This document shows positions 26,513 to 39,344 of a DNA stretch of 64,000 nt, piece after piece; the first letter of the stretch is position 1; each line of letters starts with the position of its first letter. The DNA is taken from contig NC_087245.1 of assembly GCF_037042905.1 (NCBI RefSeq), positions 1,054,001-1,118,000 of the forward strand, given 5' to 3'. This DNA comes from Lytechinus pictus. Taxonomy: Eukaryota. The translations under genes and the position numbers were made by a program. The notes beneath the pieces are model-generated. The model did no database searches, was not told where the DNA came from, and saw only the letters and a list, made by a program, of their open reading frames with translations.

Positions 26513-27499
26513 TTATTATTGCTTTTCATTATCTATAGCAGCCAAATGATTGTTAGGAGATCAATATTTCATTCAAAAGTGATAGGCTGACATCATTTAT
26601 GACAAGGCCTATTCACAGAAGAAGTACATTTTATTCAAATAGTATAAAAATAATATACTTTTTTTATCCTTTGAATTTACCAAAAACTAGAATTAACCTT
26701 TGCTGAGATCATAAGTTATCTCTATGGTCAGAAGCATTTAGTTACCTTACCATTTCGGCTAACCAATACAAATAGCCCTACATCTCCATTCCATCCTTGC
26801 TTTCTTTTTATATTTTCCTTGCATATAGTCTTTACTTTTTTCTTCGTTTTTACTATTTTTATTTCGCCCCTACCTCGTAGAGTAGCCTGGGCCTGTACAC
26901 AAAATCAAATCACATCATCAAAATTTCGTTACCATGGTCACGGGTCATTTAAAAAAAGTCAGGCCCTCTTATCAAACCTCTCTAATATATCTCTTCTCTT
27001 GCGGCGACCCCCCCCCCCCCCCCCCCTCTTCCAAAACAGAGTGCTGGGTTACGGCCAGTATAGCCTCCCTTGAGAGACGCGGTAAGTAGGGAGCGTGTCT
27101 GTGGTGCTGGCACGGGTTCGAGACGCGTGTACGACAGGCTCCATTATCGCCCTACAGGCGCTGAGCTAGGCAGGTGCACCCGCTTATTGCCTTCTTCGCT
27201 TCCCTCGTCAAGTTACCACTCACCCCCCCCCCCTCCCTCTCTCGTTCCTTCCTTTTAGTCCCTCTTTCTGTCCACTTTCTCCTCTCCTCTGTATTTCTCT
27301 TTCATCTTATATTATTGCTCCTCTCACTTTCACTAATGTTGTCTTCTTTCATACTTATCGTTTTTTCATCCTTTTTCTGTCCCTTAATTTCTTCTGTCCA
27401 ATTCCCACTATATATCTCTACCTTCACACTTTTTTCAACAATTTTCCTTCATTCCTACATTAGGCTCCAATTCTCATAAATCGTTAGTCTAATTTCCAT

Positions 27500-27700
27500 C
27501 CTTCTTCTTCTTCTCCCCCTCCTCCAACTCCTTCTCCTTCTTCTTCTTCTTCTTTTTCTTCTTCTTCTTCTTCTTCTTCTCCTTCTTCTTCTTCTTCTTC
27601 TTCTTCTTCTTCTTTTTCTTCTTCTTCTTCTTCTTCTCCTTCTTCTTCTTCTTCTTCTTCTACTTCTTCTTCTTCTCCTTCTTTTTCAGTCTTCTTCTGC
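27500..27700. repeat. (CTT)n polypyrimidine microsatellite
   Basis: CTT/CCT tract; explains the poly-E pseudo-ORF. Confidence 0.95.
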
Positions 27701-29351
27701 TGTTTCTTCCTTTGCTTTTTAAAGTCTTGTTCGTCACTCTTCTGTTTCATTTCCATATCTTTCGATGTGAGCAAGTGAACTTTAAATTCAGAGGAAAGAG
27801 AATACGATACGACTTGGCGACAAAATAGAATACGTTTATTTCATTTAATTAGAAGGGTGGAAATGATCATTACATAGTTTTTGAGTTGTACCTCACCCAT
27901 TTATGCGCCTCTAATCGAACTGAAATTTGATTCGACTCAAACGTCGTCAGATAAAGCGTCAATGAAAACCGAGTAAGGTCTGTGGATTCCACTCGCTTTT
28001 TACCTTTCATGAAGCTTCTTCATCTTTTTTTTTTAGATCCTTCATTACTGATTCTTAGCGTCGGTATACCGTAAATATATTAGTCCTAAAATCACTGGTG
28101 TATTAGACAGTTTTTTAATGACGCGCGATCCATTTTAAGAGCAAATTACTTGTAAAACGCTTTGATTTGGAGCTCTGCAATCTCTACTCCTGCATTCGTT
28201 TTACTGCCTAAAAACTTTTCAACGGCTCGTCTCCAAGCGTTTACGTCGAATATAGAATCTAACAATAGAGCGAATAATGTTTGGCATGCATGAAATGATC
28301 AATGAGCGAAGCGTAGTCAATCATAACGCCGTTCCCAACGGGCTGGGGTTCGCGACCACCGCGTCTCTTACTCTCCTTCTCCATACAACTAACATCTGCT
28401 ATAAAAACGATTACCATCTTTTGAATGAGAAAACAAAATAGAAGAGACGCTTGTGGGGTTAAACTTCACTTAATGTATACGAATCTCAACCAAATGTCGT
28501 GGCTATATGATATCAATGCAGAAGGTTTTAAGCCCTAATAAAATGCATCATCAATTCAAAGTTTACGTTTGTGTTAGGTTGGTTGAGCGACAAAGAATAT
28601 CACTGGCCACGTAATAAATCATTATATCAGGCATGTAATATTTCACCGATCATAAAGACATCTTTACGATCATTTCACCATTACAGGTCTCGAAGGTAAT
28701 TACAACTGAGATTTATTCTTCTTTTGTCCATTATTCGAGTTGTTAAAAGTTTTCAGAACACCCTACTTCTAATGATGTTTCTATTTATTTTTCGTTTTGA
28801 CTTGAAATTTCATGGCAAAATAATAAGATGATTAAAATCCTAAATTCAAAACATTTTGTAAATTATAAGAAATAAACAGTTTATGAAGTCCCACACAAAG
28901 CACAATTAAATTACAAACCTTGACATCAAACATTGCAAATTTTAACTTCTAAAATGCAGGTTTCACGAGACGTAAACTTTTGATTTCGAATATTTTATGT
29001 TATAAATGTTTTCTTTTCTTATTAATAAGTATTGAGCAATTTTATTTATTTCAATAGTATTGTCAGATGTAAATATTAACAAATAATAGAAGGTTATAAC
29101 CATTTAGATTATCTTACTGTGTATTTTTAGACTATAAACTATATTGTTATATACAATCAAACTTCGTAACTTTTCAACGAAGGTTTGAGAAAAGTTATTT
29201 GATGAAATTCATCTTTTTCACTTCACTTATTTACTAACACATTACTTTAAATTCGTCAATATTGTCACGCCATTAAATTGTCACTTTTCGAAAGTTGCAA
29301 GAGTCACTTTCACTAGAAATCAAATAATTTATGTGGTGAATGATCAAATTA

Positions 29352-29565
29352 TGAGGGAGAAGAAAGAAAGAGGAGGAGAAGCAGAACAAAATGGAGAACA
29401 ATTAAGGACAATTGGGAGAGGAGGAAGAAGAGGAAGAAGAAGAAGAAAAAGAAGAAGAAGATGATGAGGAAGAAGAAGAAGGAGAAGGAGGAGAAGAAGA
29501 AGAAAAAAAAAGCTAACAAGTAAAGAAATAAGAACAAATACAAGAACAATGCGAAAAAGAAGGTA
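29352..29565. repeat. (GAA/GGA)n polypurine tract
   Basis: Purine-rich low-complexity run. Confidence 0.85.
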
Positions 29566-31101
29566 AAGACAAATATTTTTGTGGTTTGGGGTGAAGTTGT
29601 TAATATTGTGTAGGCCCTACATTTTTACCCTTGATGTTAAACATGAGAATAAAAATCGTCCATGTTTCATGTTATATATCAACCTCCATCATAGCTTTTA
29701 TACATACATGGTAAAGCTAAGCTATCGGGTAGTGTATGACCGTTTGCTAATTGGCAGAGATCGAATAAAGTATGGAATAATATTCTTGATTTTTCCCCTT
29801 TTCATCGTCGAGAACGGGAGCGTTGAGTGAGATGATCTTTGGTGTAAATCAATGCCCGCGACTCAAAGGAGCATACGGTCGTTTCTCGCCTTGCTTAGAG
29901 AGTAGTACCCGGTCGCGTCGGGCTATTCACATCGGCAGCCCCCACCTGCTTTAGTCCACGTGGCCCCTGTTTTGCTTTTTTCGAGCCAAAGATGGTGTTT
30001 GAAAAAAGAAAAAGGGAGAAACCCCAACGTTACACGAATAAATAAATAGGTTTTTATCGCTGCTCAAGAACGGCAATTATGATTTTGGTCTTTTGGTGGG
30101 GATCCTGTTTCTCTGTATGACCTTTCTCGAAGCCCTCTCTTTACTTCTTGACTGTGGAGTCATAAGAAGTGTGCGAGGTTGTAGATGGTCCCTCTTTTTA
30201 AAGGCGATTTCATTCCATTTTGAATGATGCTGAAGGCGAGAAAGAAAAACAGAGATTCATATGAGAAAGGGGTGTTGTAATGGCCCTGTTGCTGGGGTTA
30301 TTGTCAGATCTACAGGTGGACCAACGACAAGTGCCTCTTTATTTTATTTTTTTTTTCGAAAATGGACGATCATGTTAGATTGATTGGAAAACTGGGAACA
30401 CTCATTTTTTCACAATGAATGTCTTGATTCATTAATGAATGTACGTTAAGTGTAATGTACTTTGAGATTCAAACCGCCCGAAATGTTTAATGTTGAATTT
30501 TACCCGTATCCTGGAATAAATACTTATCGATTTCTTAGTTTGTATTTTATAAATATATTTCTTTAATAACCCAAGATGCTCAAAGGGAAAAATTCTGATA
30601 ATATTTACTCTCAATCCCACTTTCAACTATTAAGTTTTATATGGGATTTTAAATATATTACGATTGTTCAATTCTTTTGCGAGTTTGATTAGTGTGGTTT
30701 TGTACTGTACTTTTCAAAAACCGACTTTGCCTTTGGATGTCTCCTTAAAACCTTTCCTAGATATGTTTTAAGGAATGATTGGTCTTAATTGATAGAGACA
30801 TGATGTAAACAAGCATTGGATAAATTATTTTGAATGATCTTATGTTGCACACATACATCATTTTGATTAGATAAGATCGTTAAAATTGTGTTTTATGTGA
30901 TTTAATTCATGTATACAAGCTAATGATGTGCACATTTTATGTGACACGTGTTCAGCATATTAAAAACCTTTTACGCCTTCTTTATATAACAATAACAATA
31001 TCAATGTTCATTCGCTACCAATCAAATGACGTTTGGTTAAACGACGTTGTTGTTGTAAATTGTTTCATATTTGTACTGATATTGTTATGTTAACACAACA
31101 G

Positions 31102-31267
31102 GGGTGTTTCATGAAAGTTGTCAGCGCCTACTAAATTGTCAGAGCTGACAATTTCAGTGAAATCCTTGGTTTTGATTGACTGAGAGGCACTAACCTCTGA
31201 CTGTTACCATGGTAACTGTCGGAGAAAGACAAGTTGTCAGTGCTGACAACTTTCATGAAACGGTCCC
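31102..31267. mobile_element. PIF/Harbinger-like MITE
   Basis: TIRs GGGTGTTTCATGAAAGTTGTCAGC / GCTGACAACTTTCATGAAACGGTCCC; 3-bp TSD CAG at 31099-31101 and 31268-31270. Confidence 0.8.
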
Positions 31268-31530
31268 CAGGTGTCCATTTGCAATAAGATTTTATACGTT
31301 TACATTAACACAGTTTACAGATTAACTACCGGCCAATCTGAAATATTGCAAATACTATGGATTTACTTGAGAGCCTGAGAGTGTGCTTAACTTGTACAAG
31401 TTGAAGATTCATTTTAAAGTTGAGATGCTTTGACTCGAGCAAAAGCTGGCAACCGGATCTTTATGAACTGGGTTGTTATTAGATAATTCTTAAGAAACGA
31501 AATAACTATTCCGTCAAGAATAGTATTCAT

Positions 31531-33410
31531 GTGTCGGTTTAATTTCGATGGTCTACCACTGCTTGAGTCTGTGTCGGTTTAGTGTTGATGGTCTACCACT
31601 GCTTGAGTCTGTGTCGGTTTAGTGTCGATGGTCTACCACTGCTTGAGTCTGTGTCGGTTTAGTGTCGATGGTCTACCACTGCTTGAGTCTGTGTCGGTTT
31701 AGTGTCGATGGTCTACCACTGCTTGAGTCTGTGTCGGTTTAGTGTCGATGGTCTACCACGGCTTGAGTCTGTGTCGGTTTAGTGTCGATGGTCTACCACT
31801 GCTTGAGTCTGTGTTGTTTTAGTGTCGATGGTCTACCACTGCTTGAGTCTGTGTCGGTTTAGTGTCGATGGTCTACCACTGCTTGAGTCTGTGTCGGTTT
31901 AGTGTCGATGGTCTACCACGGCTTGAGTCTGTGTCGGTTTAGTGTCGATGGTCTACCACTGCTTGAGTCTGTGTTGTTTTAGTGTCGATGGTCTACCACT
32001 GCTTGAGTCTGTGTCGGTTTAGTGTCGATGGTCTACCACTGCTTGAGTCCGTGTCGGTTTAGTGTCGATGGTCTACCACTGCTTGAGTCTGTGTCGGTTT
32101 AGTGTCGATGGTCTACCACTGCTTGAATGTGTGTCAGTTTATTGTCGATGGTCTACCACTGCTTGAGTCTGTGTCGGTTTAGTGTCGATGGTCTACCACT
32201 GCTTGAGTCTGTGTCGGTTTAGTGTCGATGGTCTACCACTGCTTGAGTCTGTGTCGGTTTAGTGTCGATGGTCTACCACTGCTTGAGTCTGTGTCGGTTT
32301 AGTGTCGATGGTCTACCACTGCTTGAGTCTGTGTCGTTTTAGTGTCGATGGTCTACCACTGCTTGAGTCTGTGTCGGTTTAGTGTCGATGGTCTACCACT
32401 GCTTGAGTCAGTGTCGGTTTAGTGTCGATGGTCTACCACTGCTTGAGTCTGTGTCGATTTAGTGTCGATGGTCTACCACTGCTTGAGTCTGTGTCGGTTT
32501 AGTGTCGATGGTCTACCACTGCTTGAGTCTGTGTCGGTTTAGTTTCGATGGTCTACCACTGCTTGAGTCTGTGTCGGTTTAGTTTCGATGGTCTACCACT
32601 GCTTGAGTCTGTGTCGGTTTAGTGTTGATGGTCTACCACTGCTTGAGTCTGTGTCGGTTTAGTGTCGATGGTCTACCACTGCTTGAGTCTGTGTCGGTTT
32701 AGTGTCGATGATCTACCACTGCTTGAGTCTGTGTCGGTTTAGTGTCGATGGTCTACCACTGCTTGAGTCTGTGTCGGTTTAGTTTCGATGGTCTACCACT
32801 GCTTGAGTCTGTGTCGGTTTAGTGTCGATGGTCTCCCACTGCTTGAGTCTGTGTCGGTTTAGTGTCGATGGTCTACCACTGCTTGAGTCTGTGTTGTTTT
32901 AGTGTCGATGGTCTACCACTGCTTGAGTCTGTGTCGGTTTAGTGTCGATGGTCTACCACTGCTTGAGTCTGTGTCGGTTTAGTGTCGATGGTCTACCACT
33001 GCTTGAGTCTGTGTCGGTTTAGTGTCGATGGTCTACCACTGCTTGAATGTGTGTCAGTTTATTGTCGATGGTCTACCACTGCTTGAATGTGTGTCAGTTT
33101 ATTGTCGATGGTCTACCACTGCTTGAGTCTGTGTCGGTTTAGTGTTGATGGTCTACCACTGCTTGAGTCTGTGTCGGTTTAGTGTCGATGGTCTACCACT
33201 GCTTGAGTCTGTGTCGGTTTAGTGTCGATGGTCTACCACTGCTTGAGTCTGTGTCGGTTTAGTGTCGATGGTCTACCAATGCTTGAGTCTGTGTCTGTTT
33301 AGTGTCGATGGTCTACTACTGCTTGAGTCTGTGTCGGTTTAGTGTCGATGGTCTACCACTGCTTGAGTCTGTGTCGGTTTAGTGTCGATGGTCTACCACT
33401 GCTTGAGTCT
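31531..33410. repeat. 40-bp minisatellite, 47 tandem copies
   Basis: Unit GTGTCGGTTTAGTGTCGATGGTCTACCACTGCTTGAGTCT; no indels, 1880 bp = 47 x 40; only scattered substitutions. Confidence 0.99.
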
Positions 33411-33675
33411 GTGTTTTATCAATAGTCAACATGTAGGCTAGGCGTGAGGTATGGCTAGGTTCAGCATTCATCAGGTTTACTGCCTATTCATAGATTTACC
33501 TCTCGAAGGAAGTTCGCAACAATATATTTTCATCGCTTCAAAAGAGTGCAATTGGTCCCCTTGTATTAAGAGGTAATTCCATTTGACCAGGTCTGAAGTT
33601 TTTTAGGCATGTGAAACATTAGGCAATCAGTCTATGGACCGTTCCCTGTCGGCGCTGTACTCTCGCTTCATTAGT

Positions 33676-34078
33676 TTAAAGGTAAATGCTAGTTTTGGTA
33701 ACGATATCAAAATGAGTTCGTACAGAATCCAATGAAATGACCACCAAAGTGTCTGTTTGTATAAATAAAACGCATGTGCCAAAGGATTCTGGAAGAAATT
33801 GTGTAATTGCTGATAAATCAGCAAATAAGCACAGGATTCGGGTAGAGCTTCGGGCCCGACGCTCAAAGCAATAATTATACACTGTCCCACGTGCGCTTAT
33901 CTGTGTTGGGGAAGTTCAGTCTGAACATTATTCAGCGTAGATTTCTAGATTTCACAAAGTTCAGTTTATGTAACTGTACCAGATCTAGATCCTCGATGAT
34001 ATACTGACAATTAAGCCTGGTTTTACAGACTTTCTCATGAAATCAGTGTTTACTGCAACTACTGGAATTTCTCTTTAA
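33676..34078. mobile_element. TTAA-flanked (Kolobok-like) non-autonomous DNA element, copy 1
   Basis: TTAA|AGGTAAATGCTAGT...ACTGGAATTTCTCT|TTAA imperfect TIRs; homologous to 37110-37598. Confidence 0.7.
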
Positions 34079-34864
34079 TTGTTATACAGTGGAAGATAGG
34101 AAATAATGAGGAGAATGAGGAGATTTGAGCTTAAAGTGAAGGTATAAATTATATATAAAAAAAAAAAGATTAAATGGAAGGTGGTCTTTATTTAACCACC
34201 AATGGTAGTATGACAATTCACAAAAATTGATACTTTTAGTGACGACACAGATATTTTCGTATACCTTGTTTTAAAAATGTCTTTCAGCAGGAAATGTGCT
34301 TTACAGTACTTAGCGTCTTTCACACAAGTTTCCCGCTTTCCCATTTTTGATTACCAATGAATAGACGCTTGTCTGTTGAAAGTTCCTTTTTAGATTCAAG
34401 CGCAAAGATGCGACAATTGACTTTTATTAACATGGTTAAGGTGCCTGATACATGCATGTATTCTACACAAAGGTAGTTTACTACATGAACTAATAACCCT
34501 ATCATTGGTATGACTATGATCTACAACTCCTTTTCAAAATACCTTCTGGTCAGGGATTGACATTTTCAGTAATGAGCATGATAAGTTTAGTCTGCTTGCG
34601 CTGACGAGACTTATTTTGAACAAACATTAGTGATAAGCTTACTCATGTCAATGTCATAGTAAGTACACTGTAATTTGATAAAAATTGTTAATTTTGTCTA
34701 CTAGAAGTGTTCAGTCAACATTGTACCCATCGTACCAAGTGTGTGTCAGTGACTTTCATAGAAGATGCCGATGAATTATCAATACTGTTCTGATAGTCAT
34801 CAATAGAGTGTCATAGGGTGATGTGCCAATCATCTGGAGGCAAAGTGAAGAATTTTAAAGTTAC

Positions 34865-36427
34865 TGATTGGATGCCAAGAGTCAAGACAGAGCATCTAAA
34901 GGTCTGTCGAATGTGTGCCAAGATACAAGACCGAGTGTCTGAAGGTGTGCCGATTGTGTGCCAAGATTCAAGACGGAGTGTCTGAATGTGTGCCAATTGT
35001 GTGCCGAGAGTCAAGACAGAGCGTCTGAATGTGTGCCAATTGAGTGCTGAGAGTCAAGACAGAGTGTCTGAAGGTGTGCCGATTGTGTGCCAAGATTCAA
35101 GACGGAGTGCCTGAAGGTGTGCCGATTGTGTGCCGAGATTCAAGACCGAGTGTCTGAAGGTCTGCCGATTGTGTGCCGAGAGTCAAGACAGAGTGTCTGA
35201 ATGTGTGCCAATTGTGTGCCGAGAGTCAAGACAGAGTGTCTGAAGGTGTGCCAATTGAGTGCTGAGAGTCAAGACAGAGTGTCTGAAGGTGTGCCGATTG
35301 TGTGCCAAGATTCAAGACGGAGCATCTAAAGGTGTGCCGATTGTGTGCCGAGAGTCAAGACAGAGCGTCTGAATGTGTGCCAATTGAGTGCTGAGAGTCA
35401 AGACAGAGTGTCTGAAGGTGTGCTGATTGTGTGCCAAGATTCAAGACGGAGCATCTAAAGGTGTGCCGATTGTGTGCCGAGATTCAAGACCGAGCGTCTG
35501 AAGGTGTGCCGATTGTGTGCCAAGATTCAAGACGGAGCATCTAAAGGTGTGCCAATTGTGTGCCGAGAGTCAAGACAGAGCGTCTGAATGTGTGCCAATT
35601 GAGTGCTGAGAGTCAAGACAGAGTGTCTGAAGGTGTGCCGATTGTGTGCCAAGATTCAAGACGGAGCATCTAAAGGTGTGCCGATTGTGTGCCGAGAGTC
35701 AAGACAGAGCGTCTGAATGTGTGCCAATTGAGTGCTGAGAGTCAAGACAGAGTGTCTGAAGGTGTGCTGATTGTGTGCCAAGATTCAAGACGGAGCATCT
35801 AAAGGTGTGCCGATTGTGTGCCGAGATTCAAGACCGAGCGTCTGAATGTGTGCCAATTGTGTGCCGAGATTCAAGACCGAGTGTCTGAAGGTGTGCCGAT
35901 TGTGTGCCAAGATTCAAGACGGAGCATCTAAAGGTGTGCCGATTGTGTGCCGAGAGTCAAGACAGAGCGTCTGAATGTGTGCCAATTGAGTGCTGAGAGT
36001 CAAGACAGAGTGTCTGAAGGTGTGCTGATTGTGTGCCGAGAGTCAAGACAGAGCGTCTGAAGGTGTGCCGATTATGTGCTGAGATTCAAGATTGAGCGTC
36101 TGAATGTATGCCGATTGTGTGCCGAGATTCAAGACCGAGTGTCTGAAGGTGTGCCGATTGTGTGCCGAGATTCAAGACCGAGTGTCTGAAGGTCTGTCGA
36201 TTGTATGCCGAAATTCAAGACAGAGCGTCTAAAGTTGTGCCGATTGGATGCCGAGATTCAAGACAGAGCGTCTAAAGGTGTGCCGATTGTGTGCCGAGAT
36301 TCAAGACCGAGTGTCTGAAGGTCTGCCGATTGTGTGCCGAGTTTCAAGACAGAGCGTCTAAAGTTGTGCCGATTGGATGCCGAGATTCAAGACAGAGCGT
36401 CTAAAGGTCTGCCGATTGTATGCCGAT
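34865..36427. repeat. 43-bp minisatellite, ~36 copies, with higher-order structure
   Basis: Unit GTGTGCCGATTGTGTGCCGAGATTCAAGACCGAGTGTCTGAAG; the variant AATTGAGTGCTGAG recurs at 35253, 35382, 35597, 35726, 35984. Confidence 0.97.
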
Positions 36428-37109
36428 GGTGTTTCTAGGATTTTTTAGAAAAAAAAATCAATTGATATACCTAGAATGTACTTATAATCAACAGCAGTGC
36501 ATCAAACGGTGTACTGAAGGTGAGCCAACAGTCAATAAAGGGACGTGAAAAGTTGTATCAGTGGCATGCTAATGTTGTCAGAAAAAGTGCTGATCGTTTG
36601 TTATTGGTATGCCGAATATCTACTAACTGTTGTCAATGTGGGTCTAAGGTGTGCGTTACGACTAAGATTAGCAGGTATATCATGGTATTGTGTGCTTACA
36701 GCTAAAGTAAGGTTGCCAAAGAGTGTTCCGATGAGTATGAAACATTCCGAATGTTCAGATTCCTATGCATAAATAATTAGCGATGACGATTATCATTTAT
36801 GTGCAGGAATCACAAATCACAAATCAGAAGCTAAGAAAAATTGAGATGTTCTCACCATGTGCTGCTCAAAAATTAATGTTTTCCATGAGTTGTTGTCATG
36901 GTGACGAGTGTAAACGGAATTCAATTAAGTAATATGGGGATTTTCGGGCCTGAAATCTGACTAGTCTGTAAACAATTTTAATATGAATAATTCGTGCCTT
37001 CGATTACATATCGGATGTCCCAAGTAGATAATATTTTCGTTAATATGCCGATAGCATCCAGGCGAGGGATAAATACCAAATCAAAGCGAAGTGCCAGTTG
37101 TGATGACGA

Positions 37110-37598
37110 ATTCAAAATGAGTTTATACAGAATCAGTGTCTGTTTGTATGAATAAAGCATGTGTGCCAAGGGAATTTGTAAGAAATTGTGTAATTACTCA
37201 AAAATAACCAAAATAAGCTGATAAGCTGGACATTTCAACAAATTGTCCTTTTCCCAGCAATGATGATACATGGTCACTGTGCTTATCTGTATTGGTTATC
37301 TTCATTGTGATCGGTTTTTCAGCTTAGAGTTCATCATTTCATAAAGTTCAGTTTATGTAATTGTACCAGGGGCCCGTAACACAAAGCTTAGCAATGATCG
37401 TAGAACATTTTTCTACGATTGATTCCATTGACTACAATGTACAATCAATCGTAAAAATCAAGCGTACGATCAATCGCTAAAATTTGTGTCACGGGACCCA
37501 GATCTAGATTTAAGGATCGTATTGGTGAAAATTAACCTTGGTTTTACAACTTTTTCAATAAATCAGGGTTTAATTCAACTACTTTCATTTAACTTTAA
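37110..37598. mobile_element. Kolobok-like element, copy 2 (5'-truncated, interrupted by a MITE)
   Basis: CAAAATGAGTT..TACAGAATC, GTGTCTGTTTGTAT, AAGAAATTGTGTAATT, AAAGTTCAGTTTATGTAA and CAACTACT..TTTAA are shared with 33676-34078. Confidence 0.75.
37370..37498. mobile_element. PIF/Harbinger-like MITE nested in Kolobok-like copy 2
   Basis: TIRs GGGCCCGTAACACAAA / TTTGTGTCACGGGACC; TSD CAG (37367-37369, 37499-37501); the empty site is visible at 33980-33982. Confidence 0.88.
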
Positions 37599-37678
37599 AC
37601 GTAAGGAGTATCGCATGTGATCGTGATAGCTTACTGTTGTGATGGTATGTCGAGAGTATGCAACTGATCTGAATTATG

Positions 37679-37824
37679 GGTCCCGTTTCAGTAAGACTTC
37701 TTATAATAACAAATTCCCAATTTCTATAACAAGTTTACTATCAGCCAATCAAATCAAATGATTTCTGTAGCTTTAAACTATTATCGAAAATGTGTTATTA
37801 TAACAAGTTTTATGAAACGGGCCC
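37679..37824. mobile_element. PIF/Harbinger-like MITE
   Basis: TIRs GGTCCCGTTTCAGTAAGACTTCTTATAATAAC / GTTATTATAACAAGTTTTATGAAACGGGCCC. Confidence 0.75.
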
Positions 37825-37844
37825 AAGATCAGTGGAGTATGCTG

Positions 37845-38175
37845 ACGGTGTGACGAGAGTGTGTAGAGGCGTGCCGAATGTATTTGAAACAGTGAGGATG
37901 GTAGCTCGTAGATGTACCGAGGGTATGCCGACAGTGTGCCGAGAGTGTGTCGAGGCGTGCCGAATGTATTTGAAACAGTGAGGATGGTAGCTCGTAGATG
38001 TACCGAGGGTATGCCGACAGTGTGCCGAGAGTGTGTCGAGGTGTGCCGAATGTAGTTTAAAACCGTGCGGATGGTTTCTCGAAGATGTACCGAGGGTATG
38101 CCGACAGTGTGCCGAGAGTGTGTCGAGGCGTGCCGAATGTGGAACAAAACACGTATACGGAAGATGTACGGAGTG
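37845..38175. repeat. 86-bp minisatellite, ~3.5 copies
   Basis: GTGCCGAATG at 37871 and 37957, recurring near 38043 and 38130; unit is rich in GTGTGCCGA/GTATGCCGA. Confidence 0.93.
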
Positions 38176-39344
38176 TGTCATCAGTTGCAAAAAGTGTGCC
38201 GATGGTGCGCCGATGTTGTGCCACAAATGTGGCCCTATTATGTTGTGCAGTGGGTTTTCCTTAAAGATGCGGCCTCGTGACGGTGTGTAAAAGTGTAATG
38301 TGCGAAAAAGACGGGTCAAAGGTCATGGCAGGCGTGTTACAAGTGTGTCTAATGTATGAAGATGGTGTGTCTACACACACGACACATGACCTGCACCCAA
38401 GCTGTAGAAAGCTTGGCTGCAGGAGCGTGAGGTCTGTTTGACTTTTAGTTTGATACCAATACCTGGTCGCAAATAGTACTTTTATAATACAGTTTCACCG
38501 ACAAATAAGGGTGGAATATTATCAATTAATAAAAATTTGACTGATTTCGGAAAATATATATTACCCTTTCCCAGAATCCAGAATCCATATTCCCTTCAGA
38601 TTTATGGTTTCAACGAGACTTCGAGACTTTGAGAACAAGAAATAAATATGATTATATTTCAAATGACTTTTTTTTATTAGAAAGCAGAAGAATTCTGATA
38701 ATTATTTGAAAAGTCTTTCTCACAATTCAAATATACGATTTTTTTATTTGAGAAGGGATTTTAAACATATTTTAACCGACACTTAGTTGCCGACATAACT
38801 GTTCCGAAATCTGTATCATAAGTAAACCTGTCATCTGGCCATTATCAACCGATGAAACGAAATGTGGTTTCGCAATATGAAACAATTACAAATTTGGCTA
38901 CCTTGGGGTTTTAGTCATAAAACGTGTCAACTTTTATCTCCTTTTGAAACAGGCCGGTAATGACTAGCGGATATTTACAAGATGGACCTGGCGGATGCTA
39001 GCCGGCGGTAAGTGGACGTCTTACCGATGATCGCCACCAGTCCTTACGCGTGCAATGCCGGTTGCCAAGTTTCACGCCTGTGTTTGCCACCTACCCTAAC
39101 GACATGGCAAACGTTTTATCTCAAAGGATCTTGTTTTCGCTGCTACTAACAGATCCATATTGGTAGCATATTTCCTGCTATCTCTACCGGTTTCCGAATG
39201 ATTAGTTGAATATTAATTTTACTTTAGTAGTACCAATGAGGGGTGTCCGCTTAATGATAATTAATCGGGCGTGTGGTCTGTGTTGAAATTCGTACGATGT
39301 TTGAGTTATAATCGTTTGTTACCTGCTTTCGTTTTCAATTGGCC

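Noticed and set aside
31531..33410. CRISPR-like regular array
   Set aside because: Units are contiguous and near-identical with no unique spacers, there are no cas genes, and the context is eukaryotic. It is a minisatellite.
33552..33562. miR-133-like TTGGTCCCCTT
   Set aside because: Only about 11 nt match, the 3' half is unrelated, and there is no evident hairpin.
34865..36427. CRISPR or repeat-protein ORF in the 43-bp array
   Set aside because: No spacers; the unit is not a multiple of three and contains stop triplets on both strands, so all frames close.
37773..38319. Overlapping ORFs with repeated peptides
   Set aside because: Products of the 86-bp repeat; the frame shifts each unit and there is no splice or domain support.
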